Of a DNA stretch of 64,000 bases, positions 1-9,237 are shown one piece after another. This DNA comes from Deltaproteobacteria bacterium (GTDB lineage: Bacteria > Myxococcota_A > Polyangia > Fen-1088): positions 64,001 to 128,000 of the forward strand of contig JANRKS010000026.1 of NCBI GenBank assembly GCA_033763315.1, written 5' to 3'. The position numbers and the translations under genes are program-made. How positions within the stretch are numbered: position 1 is the stretch's first letter; the number at the start of each line of letters is the position of its first letter. The notes beneath the pieces are model-generated. The model saw only the letters and a program-made list of their open reading frames with translations. It made no database searches and was not told the DNA's origin.

Positions 1-150
1 TTGCAGTTGTTGGTGAGCTTGCTGTTGGTTGGCGGCTCATTGGTCTTGTTTGTGCATAGCGTGCGGCAACGAGACTTCGATCACGCCGATCGATTGTCCT
101 TGGCCCCACTTGAAGACGACACCCACAGCTCCACGCAGAAGCAGCGCTGA
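1..150 (+). CDS. ccoS: cbb3-type cytochrome oxidase maturation protein CcoS/FixS (5' end outside window)
   Basis: Frame 1 reads [49 protein letters not shown]: one TM helix followed by a FixS-like (Q/D)FD...L-DD tail, directly upstream of ccoN. Not in the ORF track. Confidence 0.75.
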   Translation: MQLLVSLLLVGGSLVLFVHSVRQRDFDHADRLSLAPLEDDTHSSTQKQR

Positions 151-163
151 AAGCCGACATCAC

Positions 164-2497
164 ATGCAGACGCAGACAATCGAATACAACGACAAGGTCG
201 TTCGCCAATTCATCTTCGCCTCCGTTGTTTTCGGCATCGTGGGCATGCTGGTGGGCGTATTGGCAGCCGTGCAGCTCACGTGGTGGCAGGCGAACTTTCA
301 GATCCCTTATCTCACGTTTTCGCGCATTCGCCCCCTGCACACGAACGCCGTCATCTTTGCGTTCGTCGGCAACATGATGTTCGCGGGCGTTTATTACTCA
401 ACCCAGCGCCTGCTCAAGGCACGCATGGCGTCCGAGGTGCTGTCACGGGTTCACTTTTGGGGTTGGCAGCTCATCATCGTTGCCGCCGCGGTCACCTTGC
501 CCTTGGGCATCACGACCTCGAAAGAATACGCCGAGCTTGAATGGCCGATCGACATTGCCATCGCGCTTATATGGGTTGTGTTCGCCATCAACTTTTTTTG
601 GACGCTGGCCAAACGGCGCGAAAAGCATTTGTATGTCGCGATCTGGTTCTACATCGCCACGATCATCACGGTGGCAGTGCTGCACATCGTGAACAGCTTG
701 GCGCTGCCGCTGTCACCGTTCAAAAGCTATTCGGTGTTCTCAGGCGTACAAGACGCATTGGTGCAGTGGTGGTACGGGCACAACGCGGTGGCATTCTTTC
801 TCACCACGCCCATCCTCGGCATCATGTATTACTTTCTGCCGAAGGCGGCCGAGCGCCCCGTTTACTCCTATCGCCTGTCGGTGATTCACTTTTGGGCGCT
901 GGTGTTCATCTACATCTGGGCGGGGCCACACCACTTGCTGAACACGGCGTTGCCCGATTGGGCACAATCGCTGGGCATGGTGTTCTCGGTGATGTTGTGG
1001 GCACCCTCATGGGGCGGCATGCTCAATGGCTTGCTCACGCTTAAGGGAGCGTGGAACAAGTTGCGCGAAGATCCCGTGCTGAAGTTCTTCGCAGCCGCCG
1101 TGACATTTTACGGCATGGCCACCTTCGAGGGCCCGTTGCTTTCGATCAAATCGGTGTCTGCCTTGGCTCACTACACCGACTGGATCGTCGGCCACGTGCA
1201 CTCGGGCGCGCTGGGCTGGAACGGCTTGATGGCGGCCGGCATGTTCTATTGGTTGGTGCCACGCCTTTACGGCACGAAGCTGCGTTCGGTGAAGGCGGCG
1301 GAGCTGCACTTCTGGTTGGCCACCATTGGCATCGTGCTTTACATGGTTTCGATGTGGATCGCTGGCGTGAACCAGGGACTCATGTGGAAGGCCACCAACC
1401 CCGACGGCACGCTCGTTTATCCCAGTTTCGTGGAAAGCTTGCTGGCCATCCGCCCGATGTACATGGTGCGCGCGCTCGGCGGCACAATGTATCTGGTGGG
1501 CTTTGTGATGATGGCGTGGAACCTGTTGGCCACCGCGCGATCGGGCAAGCCCGTCACCGTAACTGTGGAAGTGGAAGTGCCAGAAGCAGAGCCCGCCGGC
1601 CCTGGCATCGGCGCGGTGTTGGCAGGGCGCCCCCTGTGGTTCGCCTTGGTGGCCATTGTGGCGTTGGTGTTGTTAGGTGTGGCGCGGCCCATGCGCGCGG
1701 TGGTGCTCATCGGCTTCATCTTGCTGCTGGGAGAACTGGCCTGGATCCTCGCCCGCCGCGACAAGGAGCTTGGCAAGCCATCGTGGTTCAACGTCATCGA
1801 ACACCGGCCTTTGGCGTTCACCGTATTGACTCTGATCGCGGTATTGATCGGCGGCGTGGCGGAATTGCTGCCCACCATCTTGGTGAAGCAAGCGGTGCCC
1901 GCGCACACGGCGAATGCACAGAAGCCCTACACGCCGCTTGAGCTTGAAGGCCGCGACATATACCTGCGCGAGGGTTGCTACACGTGCCATTCACAGATGG
2001 TGCGCCCGTTGCTCGGCGACACAGCACGCTTTGGCGCTTACTCAAAACCCGAGGAGTTCATCTACGACCATCCCTTTCAGTGGGGCAGCAAGCGCACAGG
2101 CCCTGATCTTCACCGCGTGGGCGGCCGCTATCCGAACCTGTGGCACTACAGCCACCTCAGCGATCCCCGCAGCACGAGCCCGGGCAGCAACATGCCATCG
2201 TACGTGTGGCTTGAACGGCGTCACATTGATGCCAAAGCCACAAACCAAAAGCTACACCTAATGCAAAAGCTCGGTGTGCCTTACACGAACGCGATGGTTG
2301 ACAGTGCCTTTGCCGACACCAAGGGACAGGCGGCCACAATCGTGAGTGATTTGGCCGCCCAGGGCGTGGAGTTGCCGTGGGATTCGGAAATGGTGGCGAT
2401 GATCGCATACCTGCAACGCCTGGGGCGCGATGAAGGCGTCAAAGCCGCGCCGCAACCCGACACCTTGACCATGGTGCCGCACCAAGGAGCGCGCTGA
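164..2497 (+). CDS. ccoN: fused cbb3-type cytochrome c oxidase subunits I/II (CcoNO)
   Basis: [30 protein letters not shown] and [10 protein letters not shown] motifs of CcoN, followed by Cco[14 protein letters not shown]...[10 protein letters not shown]...SNMPSY. ATG at 164 (MQTQT). Confidence 0.97.
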   Translation: MQTQTIEYNDKVVRQFIFASVVFGIVGMLVGVLAAVQLTWWQANFQIPYLTFSRIRPLHTNAVIFAFVGNMMFAGVYYSTQRLLKARMASEVLSRVHFWGWQLIIVAAAVTLPLGITTSKEYAELEWPIDIAIALIWVVFAINFFWTLAKRREKHLYVAIWFYIATIITVAVLHIVNSLALPLSPFKSYSVFSGVQDALVQWWYGHNAVAFFLTTPILGIMYYFLPKAAERPVYSYRLSVIHFWALVFIYIWAGPHHLLNTALPDWAQSLGMVFSVMLWAPSWGGMLNGLLTLKGAWNKLREDPVLKFFAAAVTFYGMATFEGPLLSIKSVSALAHYTDWIVGHVHSGALGWNGLMAAGMFYWLVPRLYGTKLRSVKAAELHFWLATIGIVLYMVSMWIAGVNQGLMWKATNPDGTLVYPSFVESLLAIRPMYMVRALGGTMYLVGFVMMAWNLLATARSGKPVTVTVEVEVPEAEPAGPGIGAVLAGRPLWFALVAIVALVLLGVARPMRAVVLIGFILLLGELAWILARRDKELGKPSWFNVIEHRPLAFTVLTLIAVLIGGVAELLPTILVKQAVPAHTANAQKPYTPLELEGRDIYLREGCYTCHSQMVRPLLGDTARFGAYSKPEEFIYDHPFQWGSKRTGPDLHRVGGRYPNLWHYSHLSDPRSTSPGSNMPSYVWLERRHIDAKATNQKLHLMQKLGVPYTNAMVDSAFADTKGQAATIVSDLAAQGVELPWDSEMVAMIAYLQRLGRDEGVKAAPQPDTLTMVPHQGAR

Positions 2498-2655
2498 TGT
2501 ATCACAAATTCTATGAGGGCATGAACTACGCGGACCTTCCGTTGTTTGCACTGCTGTTGTTTCTAAGCACCTTTGCGGCGGTGGTTTTGCGCGTGACGGT
2601 GATGAAGAAGCGGCAAGATTTCGATCGGGTGTCGCGGCTGCCTCTCGACGAGTGA
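2497..2655 (+). CDS. ccoQ: cbb3-type oxidase small subunit CcoQ (52 aa)
   Basis: [57 protein letters not shown] overlap with ccoNO, single TM helix and an LPL-D/E tail. Not in the ORF track. Confidence 0.85.
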   Translation: MYHKFYEGMNYADLPLFALLLFLSTFAAVVLRVTVMKKRQDFDRVSRLPLDE

Positions 2656-3254
2656 TGACCATGAATTCCAATCCAACCTCTAAGGCACACACAGAAGCCA
2701 TGACCTCACGCGATCAGCAGCCTCCGGTTCATCACGTTTTCGATGACATCGAAGAACAGGACAACCACCTGCCCAACTGGTGGCTGGCCATCTTGTTCGC
2801 AAGCATCGTGTTTGCATTTGGGTATTGGTTTGTGTTCGAAACCACCGCGTCGGCGCCATCGCCCTTGACGGCGTATCTGCGTGAAATGGCCGCCATCGCG
2901 AAGCAACGCGCTTCTGTTGGCCCTGTCACCGATGAATCCTTAGCGATCATGGCCAAGGACGGCAGCACGGTAAACGACGGAAAGCACACGTTCGGACAGA
3001 TGTGCGCGCCATGCCACGGCCCCAATGGCCAGGGCAACGCGGGCCCGAACCTCACCGATAAGTTCTGGTTGCACGGCGCCAAACCCACCGACGTGCACAA
3101 ATCGATCACCAACGGCTTTCCAGACAAAGGCATGCCAGCGTGGGGGCCGATGCTGGGCGATGCACGCGTGCGCGCCTTGTCTGCGTACGTTGTTTCCTTG
3201 CGCAACACCAACGTGCCGGGCGGCAAGGCGCCCCAGGGCGATCCGGTCGAATGA
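2655..3254 (+). CDS. ccoP: cbb3-type oxidase subunit III CcoP (single c-heme)
   Basis: HVFDDIEEQDNHLPNWW N-terminal motif, CAPCH heme site, GPNLTD and GMPAW. Exact start uncertain (2652/2655/2661). Confidence 0.92.
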   Translation: MTMNSNPTSKAHTEAMTSRDQQPPVHHVFDDIEEQDNHLPNWWLAILFASIVFAFGYWFVFETTASAPSPLTAYLREMAAIAKQRASVGPVTDESLAIMAKDGSTVNDGKHTFGQMCAPCHGPNGQGNAGPNLTDKFWLHGAKPTDVHKSITNGFPDKGMPAWGPMLGDARVRALSAYVVSLRNTNVPGGKAPQGDPVE

Positions 3255-4648
3255 AGAGGTCGTTGCCCATCCTCCAAGACTCGGCGCCTTCGTCCATCCG
3301 CGCGGATGGTAGGCGTGTGCCGATCTTTCCTTTGGATGTGAAGGGCAAATTCATCACCGCGCGCCGTATTGTGTTTGCGCTGTTGATCGCGCTTTATGCC
3401 GGAGCACCGCTTGTTCACGTTGGCGGCCATCCAGCCATTCATCTTGACGTCGCGAAGCGGCAGTTCTTCTTGATGGGCGGCACCTTCAACGCGCAGGATT
3501 TTTGGATCGTGCTGTTGTTGGCCACGGCGGCCGCGTTTGCCTTGTTGTTCATCACAGCGTGGCGTGGCCGCATGTGGTGTGGCTGGGCGTGCCCGCAAAC
3601 GGTCTTTCTTGAAGGCGTGTTTCGCCCCATTGAACGTTTGTTGGAAGGCCCGCGTTCACGACGGCTGAAAATGCAGCGTGCCCCCTGGACTGCGCTGCGG
3701 CTGCTTCGCACCACAACCAAGCACGTGCTGTATCTGGTGGCGGCGGCCGGCGTGGCCCACATCGCATTGGCGCTGTTTGTGTCGCTCGACGATCTGTGGG
3801 GCATGATCAAAGACGGCCCCGTGGGTCACGCGGCGCCGTTGGCCTGGGCCATCGCCATCACGGCGGTGCTCTATTTCAACTTCGCGTGGTTCCGTGAGCA
3901 GTTCTGCGTGGTGCTGTGCCCCTACGGCCGCATGCAGTCGGTGCTGCATGATCAAGATTCGATCGTGGTGGCGTATGACCCCGGTCGCGGTGAACCACGC
4001 GGCCCGCTCAAGAAAGCGGCGCTTGCAGAGCCGACCGGCCATTGCGTGGATTGCAAAAAGTGCGTTCACGTGTGCCCCACGGCCATCGACATCCGCAACG
4101 GTTTGCAAATGGAATGTTTGGCGTGCGCGCAATGCATCGACGTGTGCGACGAAGTGATGGAGAAGATCGGCCGCCCCAAGGGTCTCATTCGGTTCGCTTC
4201 TTTAAACGAATTGCTGGGCAAAGGCCGTCGCGTGATGCGCCCGCGCTTGTTGCTCTACGCTGTTTTGTGCCTTCTGTGCAGCACGGGGTTTGCCGTGGCC
4301 GTGGTGGGCCGCACACCGTTTGAAGCCAACATCTTGCGCGCGCCCGGCGTGCCCTGGGTGCTTGAAGGCGCAAACGTGCGAAACCAGGTGGACATCCACT
4401 TGGTCAACAAGCATGCACAGCAGGCGTCGTTCAGCATCTCGGTGCAAAGCGATTTCCCTGCCAGCGTACAGCTTGGCCAACGCGTCGTGGTTTTGGATTC
4501 GTTGGCGGGCACACGCGTCCCTGTGGTCGTCACCGTCGCCCGCAAAGACTTGCACGCGGGCAGCGAGCTGACCCTGCGCATTGAAGATCTGCAGACGGGG
4601 CAGGTCAAAAACCGCCAATTGCGCCTCCTGGCCCCCGGCGTGCACTGA
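3251..4648 (+). CDS. ccoG: cytochrome c oxidase accessory protein CcoG/FixG
   Basis: GRMWCGWACPQTV, REQFCVVLCPYGR, CVDCKKCVHVCPTAIDIRNGLQMECLACAQCIDVCD. ATGA overlap with ccoP. Confidence 0.95.
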   Translation: MKRSLPILQDSAPSSIRADGRRVPIFPLDVKGKFITARRIVFALLIALYAGAPLVHVGGHPAIHLDVAKRQFFLMGGTFNAQDFWIVLLLATAAAFALLFITAWRGRMWCGWACPQTVFLEGVFRPIERLLEGPRSRRLKMQRAPWTALRLLRTTTKHVLYLVAAAGVAHIALALFVSLDDLWGMIKDGPVGHAAPLAWAIAITAVLYFNFAWFREQFCVVLCPYGRMQSVLHDQDSIVVAYDPGRGEPRGPLKKAALAEPTGHCVDCKKCVHVCPTAIDIRNGLQMECLACAQCIDVCDEVMEKIGRPKGLIRFASLNELLGKGRRVMRPRLLLYAVLCLLCSTGFAVAVVGRTPFEANILRAPGVPWVLEGANVRNQVDIHLVNKHAQQASFSISVQSDFPASVQLGQRVVVLDSLAGTRVPVVVTVARKDLHAGSELTLRIEDLQTGQVKNRQLRLLAPGVH

Positions 4649-4693
4649 ACCAGCGTGTCCGGGCGGCGCGACACATGTCCGTGCTTCCCGGTC

Positions 4694-4816
4694 ACACCGT
4701 GACAGTTTGGCCATACACCGGACAGTTTGAAGGGCGATGTTCGCGTGCGGGACGATGGTAACTCATTGAAATTTCACAACCGGGGGCCACGCATGGGATT
4801 GGCACAACCTTTGAAG
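4694..4816 (+). promoter_or_regulatory. putative sigma54 promoter with upstream direct repeats and an IHF-like site
   Basis: Direct repeats ACACCG(T)GACAGTTTG at 4694-4709 and 4715-4729. TAACTCATTGAAA at 4759-4771 (reverse strand TTTCAA-N4-TTA, one mismatch to the IHF consensus WATCAA-N4-TTR). TGGCACAACCTTTGAA at ~4800-4815 (GG-N10-GA, non-canonical -12). Confidence 0.5.
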
Positions 4817-4847
4817 AAGGAAGGGCAAACCCAACAAGGAAACGCTT

Positions 4848-5006
4848 ATGGCTGGCTTCGTGGCACGTGTATCTTTAGGACTGTTTGTTTGCTCGTTTGT
4901 GGGCACCGCCAAAGCGCCGCCTACGAAGACGAACAACGTCCACCACGCCGCCCCAGTCAAAGCCTCTCCTGACATCAAGCGCGCGCCCACGGTTTCTTTG
5001 CGCTAG
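4848..5006 (+). CDS. small putative secreted protein (52 aa)
   Basis: MAGFVARVSLGLFVCSFVGTAKAPPTKTNNVHHAAPVKASPDIKRAPTVSLR*. AAGGA SD upstream and a signal-peptide-like N-terminus (A-K-A). Below the ORF-track cutoff. Confidence 0.45.
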   Translation: MAGFVARVSLGLFVCSFVGTAKAPPTKTNNVHHAAPVKASPDIKRAPTVSLR

Positions 5007-5162
5007 CGTCGGATCGCTTCGGATCGTCGTTTCGGTTAGACCACCGCGGCCCGCGCCGATGCACGCAAACGTCACGCGTGTTTCACCACGCCAAGCGGCG
5101 GCGTTCTACGAAACCGTGTGATTTGCGGGCGTTGCGCTAAACCGCGGCCGCCCCGGACACAA

Positions 5163-5176
5163 GGCACCGGGATTGC
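5163..5176 (+). promoter_or_regulatory. sigma54 -24/-12 promoter
   Basis: GGCACCGGGATTGC (GG-N10-GC with GGCAC and TTGC consensus) about 45 bp before the ATG at 5222. Confidence 0.65.
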
Positions 5177-5221
5177 TCTCACGTTCAGCGTCGCCGCAAG
5201 CGACGAAGAAAGAGGAGCGTC

Positions 5222-5773
5222 ATGAAAACAAATGCTTTGGTTGCGAGTGTATTCGGGCTCGCGGCGTTCACGGCCACAACCGCGGTGGCCCCCGTGGCGA
5301 GCGCGACGGATGAATCGATTGCCGTTTATGTGGAAGGGATGGGTGGATCGCAAACAAACAACGCGGGTGATTCGGCAGGCGCCTTAGGCGTGCAAGCGGG
5401 TGTGCAACTGTTCTTCCTCGAGGCCTACGCCAGCCAAACGGCCTTCTCAGGCAGCGCCAGCGTCACACGCGCTGTGCTTGGGCCCTTCTTCGACATTGAC
5501 GTCGGCAAGTGGGAACTCTCGCTTCACCTGGGCGTCGGCGGCATCCGCGACAGTGGCGGCGTTCTGCTGGGCAACGACTTTTCAGGCCCACAAACAGGCG
5601 GCGTGGCGCGGTTGGGCCTGGCATTGGATCGCGACCTAGGCGATTTCTTCGCCATCGGCGCCAGCCTTTATACGGAAGGCTATGCCGTGCGAAACGAAGA
5701 CACGAAGGAAGATTGGACGCGCGGATCCAGCGTGCTTTTGTCGGGTCATCTGCGTTTTGAGTTGGGCATCTAG
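5222..5773 (+). CDS. secreted hypothetical protein, probable small outer-membrane beta-barrel
   Basis: AGGAG SD, signal peptide, alternating hydrophobic beta-strand pattern, and C-terminal LSGHLRFELGI. Confidence 0.6.
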   Translation: MKTNALVASVFGLAAFTATTAVAPVASATDESIAVYVEGMGGSQTNNAGDSAGALGVQAGVQLFFLEAYASQTAFSGSASVTRAVLGPFFDIDVGKWELSLHLGVGGIRDSGGVLLGNDFSGPQTGGVARLGLALDRDLGDFFAIGASLYTEGYAVRNEDTKEDWTRGSSVLLSGHLRFELGI

Positions 5774-5775
5774 CT

Positions 5776-8700
5776 TCACCAGCCCGCAGCGCCGCAAATA
5801 TCTTCCACGCATGGCAACGGCTCGCGGGGCAGTTCCCGCCGGGACTTATTGCACATCGCCCAACTATCATCCGCCGCACCCTTATCGAAGCCCACGCACA
5901 CCAATTTGCCCACAGAAACCTGGGCATGCGAATGCCCTGTGGCGCCTGTATAGGCGTCCTTCCACAGGCTAAATATTCCGGCATCTTCCATTCCGATTTT
6001 GCCGAGCGTCTCCGTAATTGGTCCAGAGCCACATGTGCCGCCGGGCGACACGCGGGTACCGCCTTGCACTGACAACGGCGCCTGATCAGAGCCTAGATCT
6101 AGAACTGTGTATCCAAGATAGCGGTTTTGAACACCAAAGCCTTTGCCTCCCACCACATCTGCTCGACACCAGCCGCCAAAATCCGGATTGTCGGCGCTGT
6201 GATCCTCGGTCTCCCAAAGGCCTTTCCATCTCCCAACCTCAACCGTGATCTTGCCAACGCGCCGCCCGGCTCGCGAGTTGCGAAGCGTGTACGTCAAAGT
6301 ATATTTGCCTGGCTTGTTGGCTTGAAACGAAGCATTGGGCTTGGCGGTGCCGCGATCACGCACGAACGAGACCGGTTGTTGTGGCTCCCGGGAGGCTTGC
6401 ACCCATTCAAGGCTGGCGGCCGATTCGGGCTGCACCTTGAGAATCAACTTTCCGTCAATGATCAGATTTCGGACCACGGGCACCTGAAGCTTCACGGTGG
6501 CGGCGTCTTCATCACCTTCGGAAACCCACATGTTGAAGTACCAATCATCATCAGAGGCAACAGCGCCAAGCACGGGCATCACCACCGGGCGTCCCACGCC
6601 CGTGTAATAGGTCTGCGGCTCTAGCGTCGGGCACGAATCGTCCTCGGGATAAAGGATTGAAGGCGCTTGGCCATCGGGGCATGGTTTCACTTCGAGACAA
6701 CTCGTTAAGTTCCGGTTCTTCGGCACGAACAATAGATCAAAAGTGTTGTCGCTTTCGTTCGCGCCGTCCTGGGTCCACAGCCGCACCACGTCTTCATACT
6801 GCTTCCACCTTGGGCTTATGCGGCTTGCGTCTGCTTCGGCACTGGGCCGACCCCAGTTGTCTCCGTCAACCCAAAGATGATCCGGCACACCGTCAGGGCG
6901 CTGGTTTCGGTTGTTGATCACTGACTGACGCGACAAATGATCCAGAACCTTAAGCGCCATTTGGTCGTTGTGACTTACGTACGCCCCGGTGGTCGGCAGA
7001 CAAATATCTTTGACGACGTCAACGGCGATTGGTCCTTCTGTTCCCAGGAACAACTTTTGATGAGCGGTCGCGATGCCTATGTGGCTAAAGCAATCGTAGC
7101 CGTACATGTCCACCAGCGTGAACGGAATGACGGGAAAGTTGTTCGCGCGCAAATTCGCCGCCCAAGGAAATGAAAAGCCTGGCGCATACGCGATGAAAGG
7201 CGCGTCTGCCGGATAGACAACGTCGGTGCGAGGCAATTCGCAACCTTCACAGTCGCCGGTCACGGTGCGTTTGGTGTCGGCGCTTCTAAGGGTGGCGTTG
7301 AAGGCAGGTGTGAAGGTTTTCCAGCCATTTTCACGAATGTGAACGTCGCTGAGCAGCGGGTCATCCGGCGCGCCGAACACGACCTTGACACTGCATTGCG
7401 AACGACTTGTGCCCTTGCCGGCTGGAATGTGCCACTCGCTGTCATACGAATAAACCAGGCGCGCAAACGAGCCCGCCACGGGCGTCCCGGTGAGAGTGAC
7501 GTGCAGCAAGCCGTTTTGGCTGAACGTTGCCGGGAGCCCTGGCGAACGCTCTACGACGTTGCTTTCGCCGATCAATGCTGCGGGCAACCCGCGATCCGCG
7601 CGAACGCTAAAGTCGTTGCGCGCAAAATCAACTTCGAACACGTCGATGTTGTTGGGAACGAAAACCAGATCGTCCTGACACACAGGCGGCGCGGCGTCGC
7701 CCGCCAACATCGAACGCAGCGAATTCGTTGGATCGATGTAACCCTGGCCATGCACGTTCATGGCGGTGCGGCTCTTGCGATCGTTGAACCAAAGGGCGGA
7801 TTGCGGCTCTATGCCTGCAAAGTCCTCGGGGTCAATCTTCAAGAACGAGTTCTCCGCGCCTAACCTGATGAGTCCCACCAGGCCCTGTGCGAGATCTGCG
7901 GCCAACCACGAAAGCGCGGCAACGCCGTTTAACTGCGATGCGTTCATCCACGCCCACTCAGCGTCCGCCGTTCCTAACGTGGGCACCGCGTCTGTTTCGA
8001 CCGTTACGAAACTAAACTGCTGGCCATACGTGGAAGCAGTCACCGCGTTGGCCGTTGCCCAAAATGGCATGGGACGCCCAGCGACACCTATGCCACCACC
8101 GAGGGAAATGTCGTGGCTGGCGAGCAGCTTGCCAACTTCAACGAACTTGGTGCGCTGCCACCTTGGCGGCGCAAAAGGAAACAGCGCGGGAAGGGTTTCG
8201 CCGTTCAACAGCAGCGGGAGCAACGACGAGATGTTTGAACCTTGGCTATGCCCGGTGAAGAACAAACTGGCGTGGTTGGGAATCTTGCCGCTTTTCACCG
8301 CCTGTTCAATGCTGAACGCCACCATCAGCAAATAGGGTGAATTTGCCGCGAAGAGTGCAGATTGATCGAGGAGATTCTCGTTGAGATCGTTGAGGCTGTG
8401 ATCCCAAGCCGAAGGAATGGAACCGGCGATGGCCATCCAATACTGCGGTCGGCCCGTGTTTCCCGGTGCGTCCGCGCGGTAAAGCTTAATGGCCGCTCCG
8501 TCTGCACCACGCCATGGGTAAGCGGAATAGACGATCTCGCGCGTGAAATCCTGCATCGTCTTGACGTTGGCGCGGATCCGGTCTTCGCGAATGGCCGGGT
8601 CAATTTGAATGATGTTGCACGACTTCACTGATGACGCGGCGGTGCCTTCGACGGTGCCGATGGTTTTGAAAAAGGGCCAATCTGGTAAAGGCGGATCGGC

Positions 8701-8925
8701 GGGCACGGGTGGTGGCGTGGCGCCGTCGGCCTTGGCCTCCACAGGTGGCTCGACGGATGGCGGAAGCTCGCTGGTTGGTGGCGAAGTGCCGTTGGCCATC
8801 TCGCTCATCGGCGACTTCGGGTGCTCTTTGCATGAAGTCACACCGAGCCAGGCCACCAGGCAGCCCAACAAGGGCAGGCAATGGATCGTATGCAAATGAC
8901 TACGGGGGTTTCGGTTGGTTGGCAT
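5776..8925 (-). CDS. large multidomain lipoprotein with an N-terminal lipase-class-3-like alpha/beta hydrolase domain
   Basis: Start MPTNRN with AGGAGG SD, lipobox-like LGVTSC, Pro-rich linker, FFTGHSQG nucleophile elbow, ETDAVP and VHGQGY candidate Asp/His, then beta-rich Ig-like segments. Confidence 0.6.
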   Translation of the reverse strand: MPTNRNPRSHLHTIHCLPLLGCLVAWLGVTSCKEHPKSPMSEMANGTSPPTSELPPSVEPPVEAKADGATPPPVPADPPLPDWPFFKTIGTVEGTAASSVKSCNIIQIDPAIREDRIRANVKTMQDFTREIVYSAYPWRGADGAAIKLYRADAPGNTGRPQYWMAIAGSIPSAWDHSLNDLNENLLDQSALFAANSPYLLMVAFSIEQAVKSGKIPNHASLFFTGHSQGSNISSLLPLLLNGETLPALFPFAPPRWQRTKFVEVGKLLASHDISLGGGIGVAGRPMPFWATANAVTASTYGQQFSFVTVETDAVPTLGTADAEWAWMNASQLNGVAALSWLAADLAQGLVGLIRLGAENSFLKIDPEDFAGIEPQSALWFNDRKSRTAMNVHGQGYIDPTNSLRSMLAGDAAPPVCQDDLVFVPNNIDVFEVDFARNDFSVRADRGLPAALIGESNVVERSPGLPATFSQNGLLHVTLTGTPVAGSFARLVYSYDSEWHIPAGKGTSRSQCSVKVVFGAPDDPLLSDVHIRENGWKTFTPAFNATLRSADTKRTVTGDCEGCELPRTDVVYPADAPFIAYAPGFSFPWAANLRANNFPVIPFTLVDMYGYDCFSHIGIATAHQKLFLGTEGPIAVDVVKDICLPTTGAYVSHNDQMALKVLDHLSRQSVINNRNQRPDGVPDHLWVDGDNWGRPSAEADASRISPRWKQYEDVVRLWTQDGANESDNTFDLLFVPKNRNLTSCLEVKPCPDGQAPSILYPEDDSCPTLEPQTYYTGVGRPVVMPVLGAVASDDDWYFNMWVSEGDEDAATVKLQVPVVRNLIIDGKLILKVQPESAASLEWVQASREPQQPVSFVRDRGTAKPNASFQANKPGKYTLTYTLRNSRAGRRVGKITVEVGRWKGLWETEDHSADNPDFGGWCRADVVGGKGFGVQNRYLGYTVLDLGSDQAPLSVQGGTRVSPGGTCGSGPITETLGKIGMEDAGIFSLWKDAYTGATGHSHAQVSVGKLVCVGFDKGAADDSWAMCNKSRRELPREPLPCVEDICGAAGW

Positions 8926-9237
8926 CTGTTTCCCCTCCTGTCGCCCTTCACATGAGCGACGTTCGGTTGTACCAACGCGAATCACCAGCGGCCGTCAAAT
9001 ACCGGCCTCCCTTCGTTCACCTTGCCGCATGACTAGGGTTTTCCCTCTCTAAGCGACCTGGGACCTATCGGCCTTTGTAACAAGACGATGACCGCGCGGA
9101 TGCTGTCCGCACGCGTCGCCATGGATTCGCGTTGCAGGCCCTTCTCAGCTGCAACGAGTGACACATTTGCATCTAAGCGGGGCTTCTTTTCTTACGCGTT
9201 TGCAAACCGAGGCCACAGAGGGCAAAGATGCCCGCAC

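Noticed and set aside
4727-5121. ORF-track ORFs 4727-4972, 4763-4990, 4875-5075 and 4885-5121
   Set aside because: No SD or recognisable features, and some overlap the promoter elements; the 4848-5006 frame is better supported.
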